DNA from: Sphaerodactylus townsendi
Taxonomy: Eukaryota
NCBI RefSeq assembly: GCF_021028975.2
Contig: NC_059437.1
Coordinates: 27,094,001-27,158,000 of the forward strand
Length of the DNA stretch: 64,000 nucleotides
Direction: 5' to 3'
Under the pieces are notes generated by a model. That model worked only from the letters and a program-made list of their open reading frames with translations, made no database searches and was not told the origin of the DNA. The translations under genes were made by a program, and so were the position numbers. Below, in pieces: positions 11,413 to 24,298 of this stretch. The stretch's first letter is position 1. Each line of letters starts with the position of its first letter.

Positions 11413-12644
11413 CCCAAAATATCAGCTTATTCCTAGATGGCTTAAGAGTGCAGGAGTATTGTCTTCAAAGCACTCAGCATAGTTCTAGAATCTTGGTTTC
11501 TTCATGCTTATTCCTTCTCAACTGGAGGAATGGCATCTTCTGCAAACACTGACAGATATTTCATTCAATAGCTACCAGAGAACGTCTCCTAACAAATAGC
11601 TCTCATTGAGGAACTATACACACAATCTTGAAAGGTCATAACTAACATCATTTTGTCCAAGATTCTGAGCTCTGCAAAGGCAAACCATAATGATAGCTCT
11701 ATTTGCTGTAACCAAGACTGCAGTGCAAATCCACAATAATGCTCAGTAACTGGACACTGACCAGTGTATTTTTTTCTTCCTTGAACTGATGAGAATCAGA
11801 TTTCTAAAGTTAATGTGCTTCTTGCAATGGTTTCTATTTTGGTAAGTATATGCAAATATATGTCTGAATTTCCAAATGCACAGAAAAGAAAAATTGTCTA
11901 TAGGATTTAAAGCTATATTAAAAGTAGCATGAAAAGCAGAAAATTTGTGAACATAGACAATATTTCATTTTTCTTCTCTTTTGAAGGGCTTTAGCATTTA
12001 ACCACAATGTATTTCTTTACACATCTGGACAAACAATTACAGTACAATCTGGCTTTTTAAGTACTTTTGCCATACAGATGAGAAGCTGCAGAGAAATCCC
12101 CAGTTCGAGAATGAATATGCTTGTTTGCACATCAAGATGTACAAATGATGTTCACTGCAACACAGAGAGAACTGAAAAAGTGAATATTCTGCAAGCTTCA
12201 TGGATATTCTGTAAGTTGTTCCATTACTTAGTCTTCCCTCCCTCTGTTGCTCCCCATTCTATTTAAATCTAAATTTGAAATCTGTTTGGATGCAGGAATA
12301 TTCTTGTTACTTGTTCTGAAAAAAGATATTGAAAATCAGCCTGATCTTAGACATATTTTCAAAGGAGAGAGCCCCTACATTGCAAGGAATAATAAGAGGG
12401 ACACCTTTTCCACTGGGTCCTCACAGCTCCATGGTGTATGTGGATGGGGTGGAGGTGGGGGTGGGTGGGAGAGAGATGAAGAAAGGTTCAGAATGTTCCT
12501 ATTTAAAAATACAAGCAAACAACACAGCTTTGGGTTGACCTGCCCTCCATGAACTGAGAGTTGGTCCTAAAGGTGCAGGAGTTAACTCAAATGCTTCTCC
12601 AATGAATCCTAAGACAGGTCTTCCAGAATGCCAAGCCTGAAAGT

Positions 12645-13077
12645 GTCTGCATAGCTACAGAGCTAGCCCATTACACATTTTTTTAAAAAAGGAAAACTAT
12701 ATATTGTCAGAATTGGCAGGACCAGCTGAGTACAACTATATACTTTTGGGGCTGAAAAGGCACCCTGGATCTGAGCCTGCAGAGCAAATGTCCTGGGACA
12801 ACATTCAGCAAATGGTGGCAGGGAGAATTCCTTCAGCTGCACACAAAATGTCAGGTGCAAGCTGAGGGTGAAACTGACCAGACAGCAAAACAGTCAGTGG
12901 GAACAATAAGATGCTTCTGGAACTCTGCATTTCACACAATCAGACTTAGGGGGGAAAGGTGCATTTTGAAGGCATCCTGAGAATGTCTTGGGAAGAACGC
13001 TTTGGGAAGTGCCTTCTCAGAATGCCTTTTTTTGCATTTTTGGGACATCTTGTTTAGGCTGTGAGGAATGGACTCAT
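12645..13077. mobile_element. Solo arm of the large foldback element at 42033-43114
   Basis: AAGGAAAACTATATATTGTCAGAATTGGCAGGACCAGCTGAGTAC...GCTGAAAAGGCACCC is near-identical to 42760-42900 and reverse-complementary to 42290-42480. Confidence 0.75.
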
Positions 13078-16000
13078 GTATCTGCTATACAAACAGCAGA
13101 ATGGAGAACTGAAACTGTTTAAAACAATGCAAACCACAAAAGAAACAAGATCAAGAACATTTGCACACCCTTCCTACTGAGAGGGGGTAACCAGAAATTC
13201 AGATTGCTTTTCCACATAGGGCAAAATGTGCAAGGGTAGACTGCTAACACTATTTTCTGATTTATGAAACTCTGCCCTTTTCCTGAGTGCTCCACTTCGT
13301 GTTGTCAAGGCTGTGATAGCCTTTGGTGTGTGGGCTTGAATATTGTTCTCTGTGTCAGCACAGAAGCAGCAGCGAGTCAGAAATAAGTGTGACTTCAAGC
13401 CTTGTCATTACTCTGGATCCATTTTCTCCTCCTTAGTTATCACATCAAATACATGGAAACTTTTTTCTTATAGCAATGCTGTCTCAGGAGGAGGGCAGGC
13501 AGTAAATCCAGGTGGTTGCTTTATTGCAGTCTCTTCCTCTCAAAATGCCATTGTAAAACAAAATGAGTGCATATCAGAGTGCCAACCTCCTGGTAAGCGT
13601 TAAAAGAGAGGGGGAAACGGTTGGATTCCCCCCTCATCTTGCCCACAGGTCAGACTTATTGGCAAGAATTCTTTGGTAAAAATGAGACACCCTCAAAGAC
13701 ACAGCAAGTATGTCTATCACATAGCCTGGCAGCCAATACAGTGGGAGAACTGGAACTTTTTCACATACAGGGCTTTCTTCTACTTTTCCTTATGGCAAGA
13801 TCAGAAGCCGCAGCTTTGACTTGGCCCCTGTCATTCCCCTCAGCAGCCTTTTTCAGTGGAAACACAGCCATGAGTTCGAGTTGGAGCCGCTGCATGTCAC
13901 CTTCCAAATGTTGGGATTTCCTGCAGGAAATGTTTAGCACAATTGGTGGAGTAATGCCTCCCCTTTTGATTTATTTTTATGCAGGTGCAGTACCATTACT
14001 GTGGCCATTTGAAAAAGAAAAGAAAAGGAGGCAGTGTAAGTGTGTAATTGGGGGTATTGCTTTACAAAACATTTTTAAACACAATGGGCAGACAAAAAGC
14101 CTTCACTATAAATACAGACAGGCAACAATCCCCCCGCCCATCAGCAAAAGCAAACTAAGCAGCTAATTCAAAGGGCTTATCCAACTTTTTAAAGCAGACC
14201 AAATACCACCATCAATATATATTTTCCAGGCTGAAATCAAAAGATTACATGCCTTTGCTGCTATGAAATAATTAATCTCAACAAAAGCAGAAAGTCAATG
14301 TGTGCTTAAATATTAAATTGGGAAAACCTTTTCATATCAATGGGGACTTGGGGAAAAGGCTGAGTGCAGAGGATAGGGACGAGGAGGATGGGTCTGCATG
14401 ACATGATGGTGACGCTCAGAAAGGGGCAGAACAAAACAGCCACGGATTCAAGACTTCCCCACTAACAATCCAGCAAGTGGAAACTGACCTCCCCCCAAAA
14501 AGAAATCAAGGCAAAAGTACACTCTGAAAAAGCAGATGTCCTTGAACCTGCAGTCAAAGTAGATAAAGGAAATCTGACTACTTAACCAAAGCCTGACGTT
14601 TTAAAGGACCAGACTCACAGGGAATAGCTTGAGTGGAAACAGTCTTGGTCATATTAGCCAATGACCAACTAATGAACATTCAAATGCTCAGTTCCTGCCT
14701 TCCATGATGATGAAGGACCTGCTTTTATCCTCTCACCACTTCCATAAAAGGAAGATGCTGTGAGCTGAGGGCAAGAATAAACCTGGAACAGTCTCCCTGG
14801 CCAATCAGATTCTAGGCAGGAGAAGGTGTTTGTACACACATCCCACTTGCTCACTGTTCAGCATCCTTTTAATGTCCCCCTGTAGGCTGCACCTCCATTT
14901 TTCAGGGTGTAACTTTTTACCTCTAGTCTCGAAGTGGGTGTTCCTAAGCTAAAAGAGCTCAAGGATATGTCTAATGTCAGCCATGCACCCCAAACCACCC
15001 AGAGCTATGCTAGCACAGTTCCCTGATCCTGTTGCAATACCCATCACAAAGCTGTGCTGTCACCTGAAAGCAACACAGCAGTGTTGAGGGCTGGGGCTGG
15101 AATAAGTGGCCCTTACTGCTGACATGAAGGTGAGCCTGTTCTCTCTACCTGTTTGTCCTCTCCCCTTAGGATTGGTGGTTAGTGAATTAATATGTATGTC
15201 ACACAGATGTTAATTAATAAACCCAGCAGAATCCAATTTTGATGTCTGGTGTGTTTCTTTCAGTAATGAGGAGGGGGAGGGCTTTCTTGAATCAGACTGG
15301 TTTTTCTTACTTTGACTAGCAGAGGGTCTCCTGATCACTTCAGTGACAGATGGATAGAGACCTTTCTGCATGCAAAGCATGTATTTTATCTCTGAATTAC
15401 GCCTCCTGTGTATTTAGGTTAATTCTTAGCAGCCTCTCTAGGAAAACTATTCATGATGGCATTCAGCAAATATAAAACAGCGTAACACAATAAACAGTGA
15501 GTTAACAATTTAAAATAATCTAATGATATTAAATTTATCACATTTGTTCCATGCATTTTCCTCTGAGAAGATCAGAGTCCTGTATATGGTTCTTCCCTCT
15601 TCTATTTTATCCTCACCAAGACCTTGTGAAGTGGCTTAGACTGAGAGAAAGAGTCACATGGCCAAGTAAATATTTGAATATGGGTTTCCCCAATCCTTGT
15701 CCTAAAACACATCAAACTAGTACTCTGTAAATCATAAAGTGAGCCACAATCAAAAGAAGAAACTATTAAAAATGTCAACTGGGCTGATGATGTGATGTCA
15801 CTTCCAGGGAAAACCCAGAAGTAAAATCAGTACTATCTAGGAATCACTGGAAAGTCTGTATTTTGAGGGGCGATTCCTAGAGGGGCATGATGCAACTTCC
15901 AGATTTTCCCAGGAGTTACATTACATTGACAGCCATCCCTCATGCCCCCCCCCCAGTCTTCCCCAGTATCCTAACAACAATACTCAAGGACCTCTGGTGA

Positions 16001-18077
16001 AACTAAAATGGAAGGCGGTGTGGGGGGGGGGGGGGAGAGAATATAAACCAATTTGGATTTCCATTGTGGTGAAAGATAGGGTATAAATGAAATAAACAAA
16101 ACAAGTTCATTTTGAAGCAAGTACCCACTCCTAAAGACATCCATAAAATACAAGAATCAAGATTCACAGGATCAGTCCCAATGTGTTGCTGACATACTAC
16201 AGCAGAGTCGGGCAGTCCAGAATTAGGAACAGATGGCAGGCAGAGGCATGGTCAGGCAGGTACAGAGTCAGATCATGAAAAATCTGCAGCAAATAGCCTA
16301 ACATACTTCTGTACCTATTATTTATATAATGAATAAAGTTTCTTAAATATGAACAAATGTTTCCAACTCTTTTTATGTACAACTGTTTGGGAAAAACCTC
16401 AAATTAGAATCTCTTGTAAATATACAGCGTATAAGCTTGAAATCATATACAGTCATACTAAAGAATCCAAAGCAAAAGGTTGTAGCAATGCAGAAACAAA
16501 AATTCATATCATGCAGTCACATAGGCTCCCAAGTGCAGCTACGCAGATCAGCCGTCCCAGCTGTAGTAATCTGAACACTCTTAAAGGCCCCACACTCAAC
16601 ATTATGGAGGTTTGAAGTCAGAGCAGGCAGCAGACACAGGTGTGGTCAGATCAGGTGTGGAACAGGGAACCAGACATGAGAAGCTTTGTGGTGAAACACA
16701 TTCATTGCACCCAGGCTAAGCCAAAGTCCTCTTCAGATGATGAGTCCAGTTTGCAGTGCCTTCTGGCATGCCAAGCAGCAATATGGGTGCTTCTCTTTGT
16801 AAAATGAAGCTGAAGCCTCTGCCTTTTTCTCCTTTGTGAAGTTGGCTCCTTACTTGGCTTGTCTGAAGTTTCTGGTGACTGTCTCTGCCTCTGCTGTCAG
16901 AGAAGGGCTTGGACTCTGCCTCAGCTAGCAGGAAATAGTTTGGAATTGTCTGCATCTTCTCACGAGGAACTAGTTCTGGCCTCATGGTTTCTCCAGGCTC
17001 TACTGAATCCTTGTCACCCAGGGACTGGCTCATGATATCCAGGCACAGTTAATTAGCCTTTAATTTATAGAGGAAGTTCTTGGTGTTGCCTTCTAGTGGC
17101 CAGGAGCAAGAAGAGGCAAGGCACAGCAGTGCTGGCAATGCCATAGAGGCTGCTCATTTTGGACTTGGTTGGGTGCACTACAGGAGGAACTGGTGGGCTG
17201 GAGTTCTGTTTCTTCATCTCATATTTTCTTTCTCACCAATTGTGCATAAATGGAATGTAACATATAAATGGCATAGAAATGGTGTATACATACTGCTGTA
17301 CAATTAGCATTAAAACAAAACTGGGTAGAATGAAAAGGCAATGATAACATACACACAAAAAAGAAATGAGGAATGGCATATATGTCCATATACTATATTT
17401 ATTTATTTATTTATTTTATTTCTTAAATTTATATACCGCCCGATCCCCGAAGGGCTGATTTAATTTAGAATGAAATGCACCTGCATTTTTGGAAAAGCAA
17501 AACAGTGAAGTTTTAAGACTACAACACCCATGATGCAGTATGCCCCAGCCTTAGAAATATCTGTGTGAAGCTATATGCCTGTGGGGTCTTAAGATTAAAC
17601 TTTTGCCATATGTTATGCATGAAAGTAATAATGCATGCTCAAAAGTGTCTGTGGCCTTTTAACTGAAACGGAATTGGCAATGTTGACCGGTTTACAACTA
17701 TAGTAGATCCAGCCAATATTCAAATAGCCAGATGGATTTTCCACAGAAATCTGCTACTTGCTGTATTGGACAATGGAACTGGAAACAAAATTTCTCCTGC
17801 CTATTTCACACTCCACTAATTTCAGCCTGCTTCTACAGATAATCCAGTGTTTCTCGTTTGTTTTGTTTTTCATCTTGATGAAAACTGTGTTGCTGTGTGA
17901 GCATCATTTCCAGACTACTGTTCCTTATCTCAATAGCATCTGGACATTTCTGCTAAAATTCCAAGGGAGAATGTTATGTTTTGTTATTACTGATAATTAA
18001 AGCAGGTTAATTTTGAACTGGGCAGAGTTTCATTGCTCATGTTGAAGGTCTTTAAAAGATCCTAGTGCCAAGACAAA

Positions 18078-18229
18078 GACCCCTTCCGTACATGCAGAAT
18101 AAATGCACTTTCAATCCACTTTCAGTGCACACTGCAGCTGGATTTTACTGTTGGAATAGCAAAATCCACTTGCAAGTAATTGTGAATGTGAATTGAAAGA
18201 GCCCTTATTCTGCATGTGTGGAAGGGGCC
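18078..18229. mobile_element. Harbinger-like palindromic MITE
   Basis: GACCCCTTCCGTACATGCAGAATAA ... TTATTCTGCATGTGTGGAAGGGGCC. Confidence 0.75.
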
Positions 18230-18674
18230 CCAGTCTTTATCATTTCAACACAGAAAGAAAGAATGGTGATTATTAACAATTATTAACTGATTGATATGTT
18301 AAAGCTACATATAAAGAAAATGATAGATTTTGGAGGTTTGGATGTGTGTTTGTTTTTTAGAACTGCCAATTTGTTCAGCAGCCAGTCTTATCTTGGAAGA
18401 AGCCTTTTCGTCAGTGTGTGAGATATGAAGGAAAGTTTCTACTAAGACTACCCACTGTCCATGATTTTATAAGTATTTGTAGTAAAAGCAATTGAAATTT
18501 CTCAATGAAAGAGAAATCTGCTGGGCTGTGGGTCTTTTTAAAGTAATCAAGCAATTAAAAAACCTCATTCAATAACTAAAGTTCCTTTCACAAGGGCTTT
18601 TTAACCTGCTTTGAATTCTGAAGGCTTTTTTTAAGCTTTCACAAACTTTAAAATGGTATCCTCCCACAGTTAAT

Positions 18675-18896
18675 GACCCCTTCTGCACATGCAGAATAAT
18701 CTACTTTCAATCCACTTTCACAATTGTTGGCAAGTGGATTTGGCTATTCTGCACAGTAAAATCCAGCTGCAAAGTACATTGAAAGTGGATTGAAAGTGCA
18801 TTATTCTGCCTGTGCGGAAGGGACCACTAAAATCCAGCTGCAAAGTGCATTGAAAGTGGATTGAAAGTGCATTATTTTGCATGTGAGGAAAAGGCC
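18675..18896. mobile_element. Harbinger-like MITE with tandem-duplicated terminal half
   Basis: Full copy at 18675-18825, then a second copy of its last ~70 bp (TAAAATCCAGCTGCAAAG...GGAAAAGGCC). Confidence 0.75.
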
Positions 18897-19313
18897 AATG
18901 AAGGGTTAATCCAGGTTTTCCAAAACCTGTTTTGATCCATTTTCATTGTTGTTGCACTTTATTCAGAAGCTGTCTTGTCTTGTTTTCCTTCCTGATTTCC
19001 AAAGTGGAATGTGATCATGTTACATGAGTGTTCTAAATTGGATTATACATTCCCACACTGCTACCTGGGAACTGTAGTTCAATCCAATCTATCTGGGCAC
19101 ATACCTGTATGAAGTATACTGATAATGCTGCCAGTTTCACAGGTGCAAAATCAGACTTTCAGTGATTCCTATCTTGCCCATGGTGAGGCTGGGGCATATG
19201 CTAGCTCAATAATCCAAAAACTGAGCATAGACCAACATTTGGTATTTGACCACCTGCCATTCAAACAGAAAATCACTCAAAATACTAGTATTCATTTTGA
19301 AATGGGAACAATC

Positions 19314-19450
19314 CAGTGGTGGGATTCAGCCTATTCACACCTATTCGATAGAACCAGTAGCTAATTTTGCGTCTAGTTCAGAGAATGGTTGTAATCCCAC
19401 TACTGAGTCCTTTCAGAACCAGTTGTTAAATTATTTGAATCCTACCACTG
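19314..19450. mobile_element. hAT MITE (CAGTGGTGGGATTC TIR)
   Basis: CAGTGGTGGGATTC / GAATCCTACCACTG; TSD GAACAATC / GAACAAAC (7/8). Confidence 0.85.
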
Positions 19451-19796
19451 GAACAAACCACCACTGAAAGCCTAGGGCATATTTCATTTGAGAGGGAATA
19501 GGCATGGCAGACAGGGTTAAGCTCAATTTCTTTTACAAAGATGGGAGCATTATTACTTTTTTAATGGCAGAGGACCTGCCAGTATAGTGCTGAATCTTAG
19601 AGGGATAAAGAAAAAACGCTCAGGTATCTAGTTTTATAATGCTTATGCCAGCAAGATCCATTCCAAATAGCCATTGGTGGCTGGATTACTGCAGTTGCAC
19701 CTGTGATAGAAAAATATGAGTTCAGAGAGATTTGGCAAGGGGCGGTGGAGGGAAGAATGGAAGTAAAGTTTGGCTGAGAGCTTCCACATGGTACAG

Positions 19797-19810
19797 GTTG
19801 CCGTAGCAAC
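19797..19810. promoter_or_regulatory. RFX X-box-like motif
   Basis: GTTGCCGTAGCAAC, close to the consensus GTTGCCATGGCAAC, in non-repeat sequence. Confidence 0.45.
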
Positions 19811-20342
19811 AGTTTTGCCTTTGTCTCTGTAGCCCAGTGTTATCTGAGTACCATTTAGGAGATCCTCCTGTCTTATTGTGTATTATTAAGACTCAAAAAC
19901 TTGGCAAATCAATTAAGCTGAGAGGCTTACAAGAAAGATGCAGAGGGTGGAAAATAGAAGAGGCTTGAAAATAGATCATCCTGTTAATGGAAGACCTGCA
20001 TGGCTCAGTCCTTATAACGATGATCACTGAAAAGGCAATTTGTGAAATAAAAGACTGGCAGGTAGAGAAAGCAACAGAAACAGTATAGTCCTTTAATATT
20101 CCTTTATTTGTAACTATCCCCCTTTCAATGCAATCTTTATCCTTCTTGCAGATGGTGGTGGGTGGGGGAGATCACTGGGTTCCTTCCTTCCATTATTCAC
20201 TCGAATTTGCTTCCTGCCCAAGAAGGGACATATTTATGCTTGTTCTTCCAATAATGTTCAATGCTTGAACATTACGTGCTTCCATTTAAGCCCCTATTTC
20301 TTCCCCTCTCAGCAGTTTGTTTGTATGACTAACTGTGCGATT

Positions 20343-20356
20343 GTTTCCCAGGCAAC
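20343..20356. promoter_or_regulatory. RFX X-box-like motif overlapping a candidate 3' splice site
   Basis: GTTTCCCAGGCAAC, preceded by branch-point-like TGACTAAC (20326-33). Confidence 0.4.
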
Positions 20357-22944
20357 CAAACTGAACGCGAATTTGATTAGATACAGATTCTAAGATGTAG
20401 CCACCGTTGTATGGTTTAGGAAAAATAAATAGCTGGACAATGATCTCCAAAACTCATCAGCTGAGTGCCCCATTTGTTTTAAGAGATGGTGCATCTTTTC
20501 AGGGAGCTTGTCCCCCCCCCCCCCCCCCGTCAGAACCTCCTTTAACCAGACAATTGAAACAGTTGTTGATGAACAAAGATTTCTTTATTGCAGGTAAGAT
20601 AAGTCCCGTACAGTTCCAAGATGTCTCTGCTGCCCTAGCTGAGATGTTGCTATTTTAAAGTAACCAGTGTGCCCATCCCCCTGCCCACTGTACAATTCCA
20701 CAGCTGTACTACAGACCAAAGTATGTGGCCTTCACTAGCTAGCAAAGGAGAGATAAGAAGTCAGGAAGCAGCAGAACAATACTTTCACACAGCAGATCCA
20801 CACAGACCAGAGTTCCTATCCCCCACTACTCAAGCCAACCCGACGCACCCACCCCTGACAATCAAGCAAATAACAAATGGAAGAGGCTGCAAGATGGTAC
20901 CCCTACACACCCACACACACCTCACAGTGTTTCAAACCACATGTTAACATTGTTCAAGAGCACTTTTATCTCTGATCAATTAACTCATTCTGCCTACTAT
21001 GTGTATTGCTACAATCAGTGTAATGGGACTACACACCTTCTATGCATACCAAAAGCACAAACTCCATTATCCATGCCCCAACTGTGTAGTTTCTGAGTTC
21101 TAAAAAAAAGTAACTAGGGGAAATATTGTTCACCTAAGAAGAAAAGTCACAATTCAATGGCAGTGCTGTATTATGATATCATGTAGCCTCAGACTGGATC
21201 TGGAAGACCCAGATTTGAACCTCCTACTATGCCATGAAGGGTTGCTGGGTGATCTTGGGCCTGTCACACATTCTTGGCCTAACATACTTCACTTACAGCC
21301 ACATCCAAAAGTGGGGGAGAGCGCAAATTTACCATTGGGAGCAGTGTGGTCCGTGTTGACAGATCTGCTTACCCTGGGGCACGTGCCCTGGGGCATCTGC
21401 CTGAGTGCAACCACCAGGACCCTCCCTGGCAGCACTGAATGGTGTGCCAGTTTACCTGCGCCTCTGCCACTGGTATAACAGAACCAATATAGGGACATGG
21501 TCAGGGGAGGAGCCAACGCTAGTCAGCTCCCACCCAGCCATCACCTCTGCTGTGCCAGGAGCTGGACCTTTCCGGTGGCATATGTATATCAAGTCCAATG
21601 GGGGATTTTCAATGGTTAGAAGGCTTTTTAGTGTTTGTAGCCTCCCTATGCTGCCAGAAAGCTTTGTTGGGAGTCGGAGGCTGGTGCGACTACAGTGCCA
21701 CAGGCAGGCATCTGGCTCATGGGGCAGGACTGAGGGTTGTTGAGAGGATAAAGTGGAGAAGGGGAGAATATTGAAAGCCCATTTGGTTCCTCACTGGGAA
21801 GAACATTGGGATATAAATTGACTTTCAAAGTACTGCAGAAGATCCTGAGTGCAATCTGTTACATCTTTGGACTTGGGAAAAATCCTGGAGAGCCATTACT
21901 AGCCAGGCTAGCCAATACTGAGATTTTCAACTGAAAGCTTTTGGGGCAATTTGAGCTTGGGCTTTCCAGGTGCTATTCTCACATGCTAACAGTGGATTTT
22001 CATTGAACATATTGGGAGCCAGGGATAAAGAAGTAAAGCCTTATATCTAAGATGGACCTATCCCAAAGTTGCTCAGTTGTATTACCAGGCTGAAATTCAT
22101 GAGCAACTTCACTGACACCTAACAAGGTTAGTCCATGCTGAACAAAATAATGGCATGTCCCCCAAAAACATGTCCCAGAATCTTCTGGAACATACTGGCA
22201 TTTGGGAGCAGATCTGCAGAAATTCTTCAGCAAAGATGTCAATGTATAGGATGAATTTCTTGAAATTAGTGTAATGAATGTTACTATGATAGCACTGGCA
22301 GAATTTGTGGGAGGGGGAATGATATTTCAATATAAAACTGGCACTAGAGTTAAGGGATTTAACAGTAAGGAATGCTAAGCAAAGGCTAAAAAAAGAAAGA
22401 AAGAAAAAAGCCCCTCACATCAAGTTTGCTAGTTACTAAATCTGCCTTCTCTTTTAATCATGCACAGCCGGTTCCTCAAAGCACTCAGCTGGCATTCTCA
22501 CTGTTAAGCTTTCTTGATCACTTAAAAGTGACATTGAGCAGGCAAAAAAGAAATTGTAGGACAGACATGCCAGAACAAGGGACTACCTAGTTGAATATCT
22601 TGTCAATGTAGCTGCCATGATGTTGACATGAAGGTGTCAGGTGGGGACTAGGGAGGCCTAGTGCAAATGTCCATTCAGCCACAAAGCTCATGTTGATGAC
22701 CTTGCTGTCAGCCTCAGCTACTTTGCCCTGTGCTCCTTGGCATAAGATTGGGGGAAACAGCTAGTGCTCCTAGATATCAGTATGAAGATGCATCTCAAAT
22801 GTTTCCACAAAGATGATGAGGTCAAATTATATTTGTCATTTTTTCAAATTTACATTTCTCTGAATTTCAGTGAACTGATAAAAAAGAGGCAGCATTGCTC
22901 CCACTGTGCAATAGTGCTAGTTACATCATTGTGATTGTATTCCA

Positions 22945-23175
22945 CTGTGGTTTAGTGGTTAGTCTGTTAGTCTAGAATTTGGGAAACACAGTTCAAATCC
23001 CCACTCTGCCACAAAAGGTTCACTGGACGACCATGGGCCAGTCTCCCTTCCTCTTCACCATCCCTCCCTCTCTCTCTCTTTAGTCTATCTCTTAGAGTTT
23101 ATGTGAAGGCAAAATATGAGGAGGTGTGAACTATGTACACCCTGCTTTCTTGGCAGAAGGATGGGACAAAAAAGG
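22945..23175 (+). mobile_element. tRNA-derived SINE (degraded)
   Basis: A-box TGTGGTTTAGTGG and B-box GTTCAAATCC; tail GGCAGAAGGATGGGACAAAA. Confidence 0.65.
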
Positions 23176-24266
23176 GTGAACAATTATTGTGGCATTATTT
23201 GTGTAGTTGTCTGCTGAGTAAAGGGGCTCATTCCCCAATGAGTTTATAATTTATAATATGACACAAGAGAAGAAACAGGAAAAAAATAATTCTAGTCCCA
23301 GTAGGCTAACTGTCTGTAAGGCAGGGGGACAAAGGCACCGGGGGCAAGGGTTTCACAGAAAAAGTGGGGGTTTGAGGCAGGATTTGGAAAAAGTAACAGA
23401 AGCTGGATCAAGAAGGTCATTGTTATGAGGCTGCTAAATCCTGTGAATGGGTCATGGCTATAGTTTAACCTAAGAGGACACCCGAGAGGAAAAGGGGGGG
23501 GGGCACATGTTTGACAAAAAAAAATTAATGGTTCTGAAATGTCTTCAGTAGGAATTGATTGTCAGGAGACAAACTCCTGATTGATGCTGTTCAATAGATC
23601 TTCTTGAAGGACACATTAGAGCTCAGAGGAGATGTGGCTCCTCCTGCTGAGGGGAAATGGCAGATGTGTCAGCATGTGTGAAGAAACAGTAATTAATAGC
23701 TTGGTGTATACAGAAATAACAGCAGACACTGAGGGATGAGATTTGGAGAAGGGAAACCTTGTTGTTCAGGGGGATCTGTGGCATAGCAGATCTGCAGTCA
23801 TGTAGAAATGCCTATTTGCCTCTGTCTGTGCTCTACCTGTATTTGTAAATAAAGCAAATAGTGCAAAGGTACTGTATCTCTGAAATTCTTTGAACCAACG
23901 GAAACCAAACCCAGGCAATGCTGCTTCTGGTTTGGAGAAGCAGAGAGCCCATAAGATGCAAACAGATATATAGCAGGATGAATCTGTCTCTGTCTCTGCA
24001 TCATGTACCTCTCTATCCAACTGTCTGTCAAATTGCTTTTCTACAGTTATAGTGTTAGATTTTTTAAAAAAACTTACACCCCAGAGAAACACTCAAACCT
24101 CTCTTTTTTTAACAATAAAAGATCACCAGTATTTCTAATGGTTTCCTGTAGGTTTGCTTTTTCTGCAGCAGATCAGACGCGCGAGAAAAAAATAATGTCA
24201 CCGGGTGGGCTGTTTTGCATCTAATCCTGATTTCCCAAGGTCAGTTTTGTATATTCCCTCCCCCAG

Positions 24267-24298
24267 TCTTTAAGAGGGATGCGCTCTGATAGAGGATG
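24267..24298 (+). other. Candidate 32-nt exon (or 3' end of a longer/first exon) ending in ATG
   Basis: Acceptor TATATTCCCTCCCCCAG| and perfect donor GATG|GTAAGT, inside a TE-free, CpG-retaining island. Alternative upstream acceptors lie near 24150 and 24168. Confidence 0.45.

Noticed and set aside
13621-14166. 181-aa ORF
   Set aside because: Non-ATG start, no recognisable domain, composition typical of non-coding DNA.
20406-20419. GTTGTATGGTTTAG resembling the 3' half of let-7c
   Set aside because: The seed/5' half TGAGGTAGTAG is absent and no precursor hairpin is evident.
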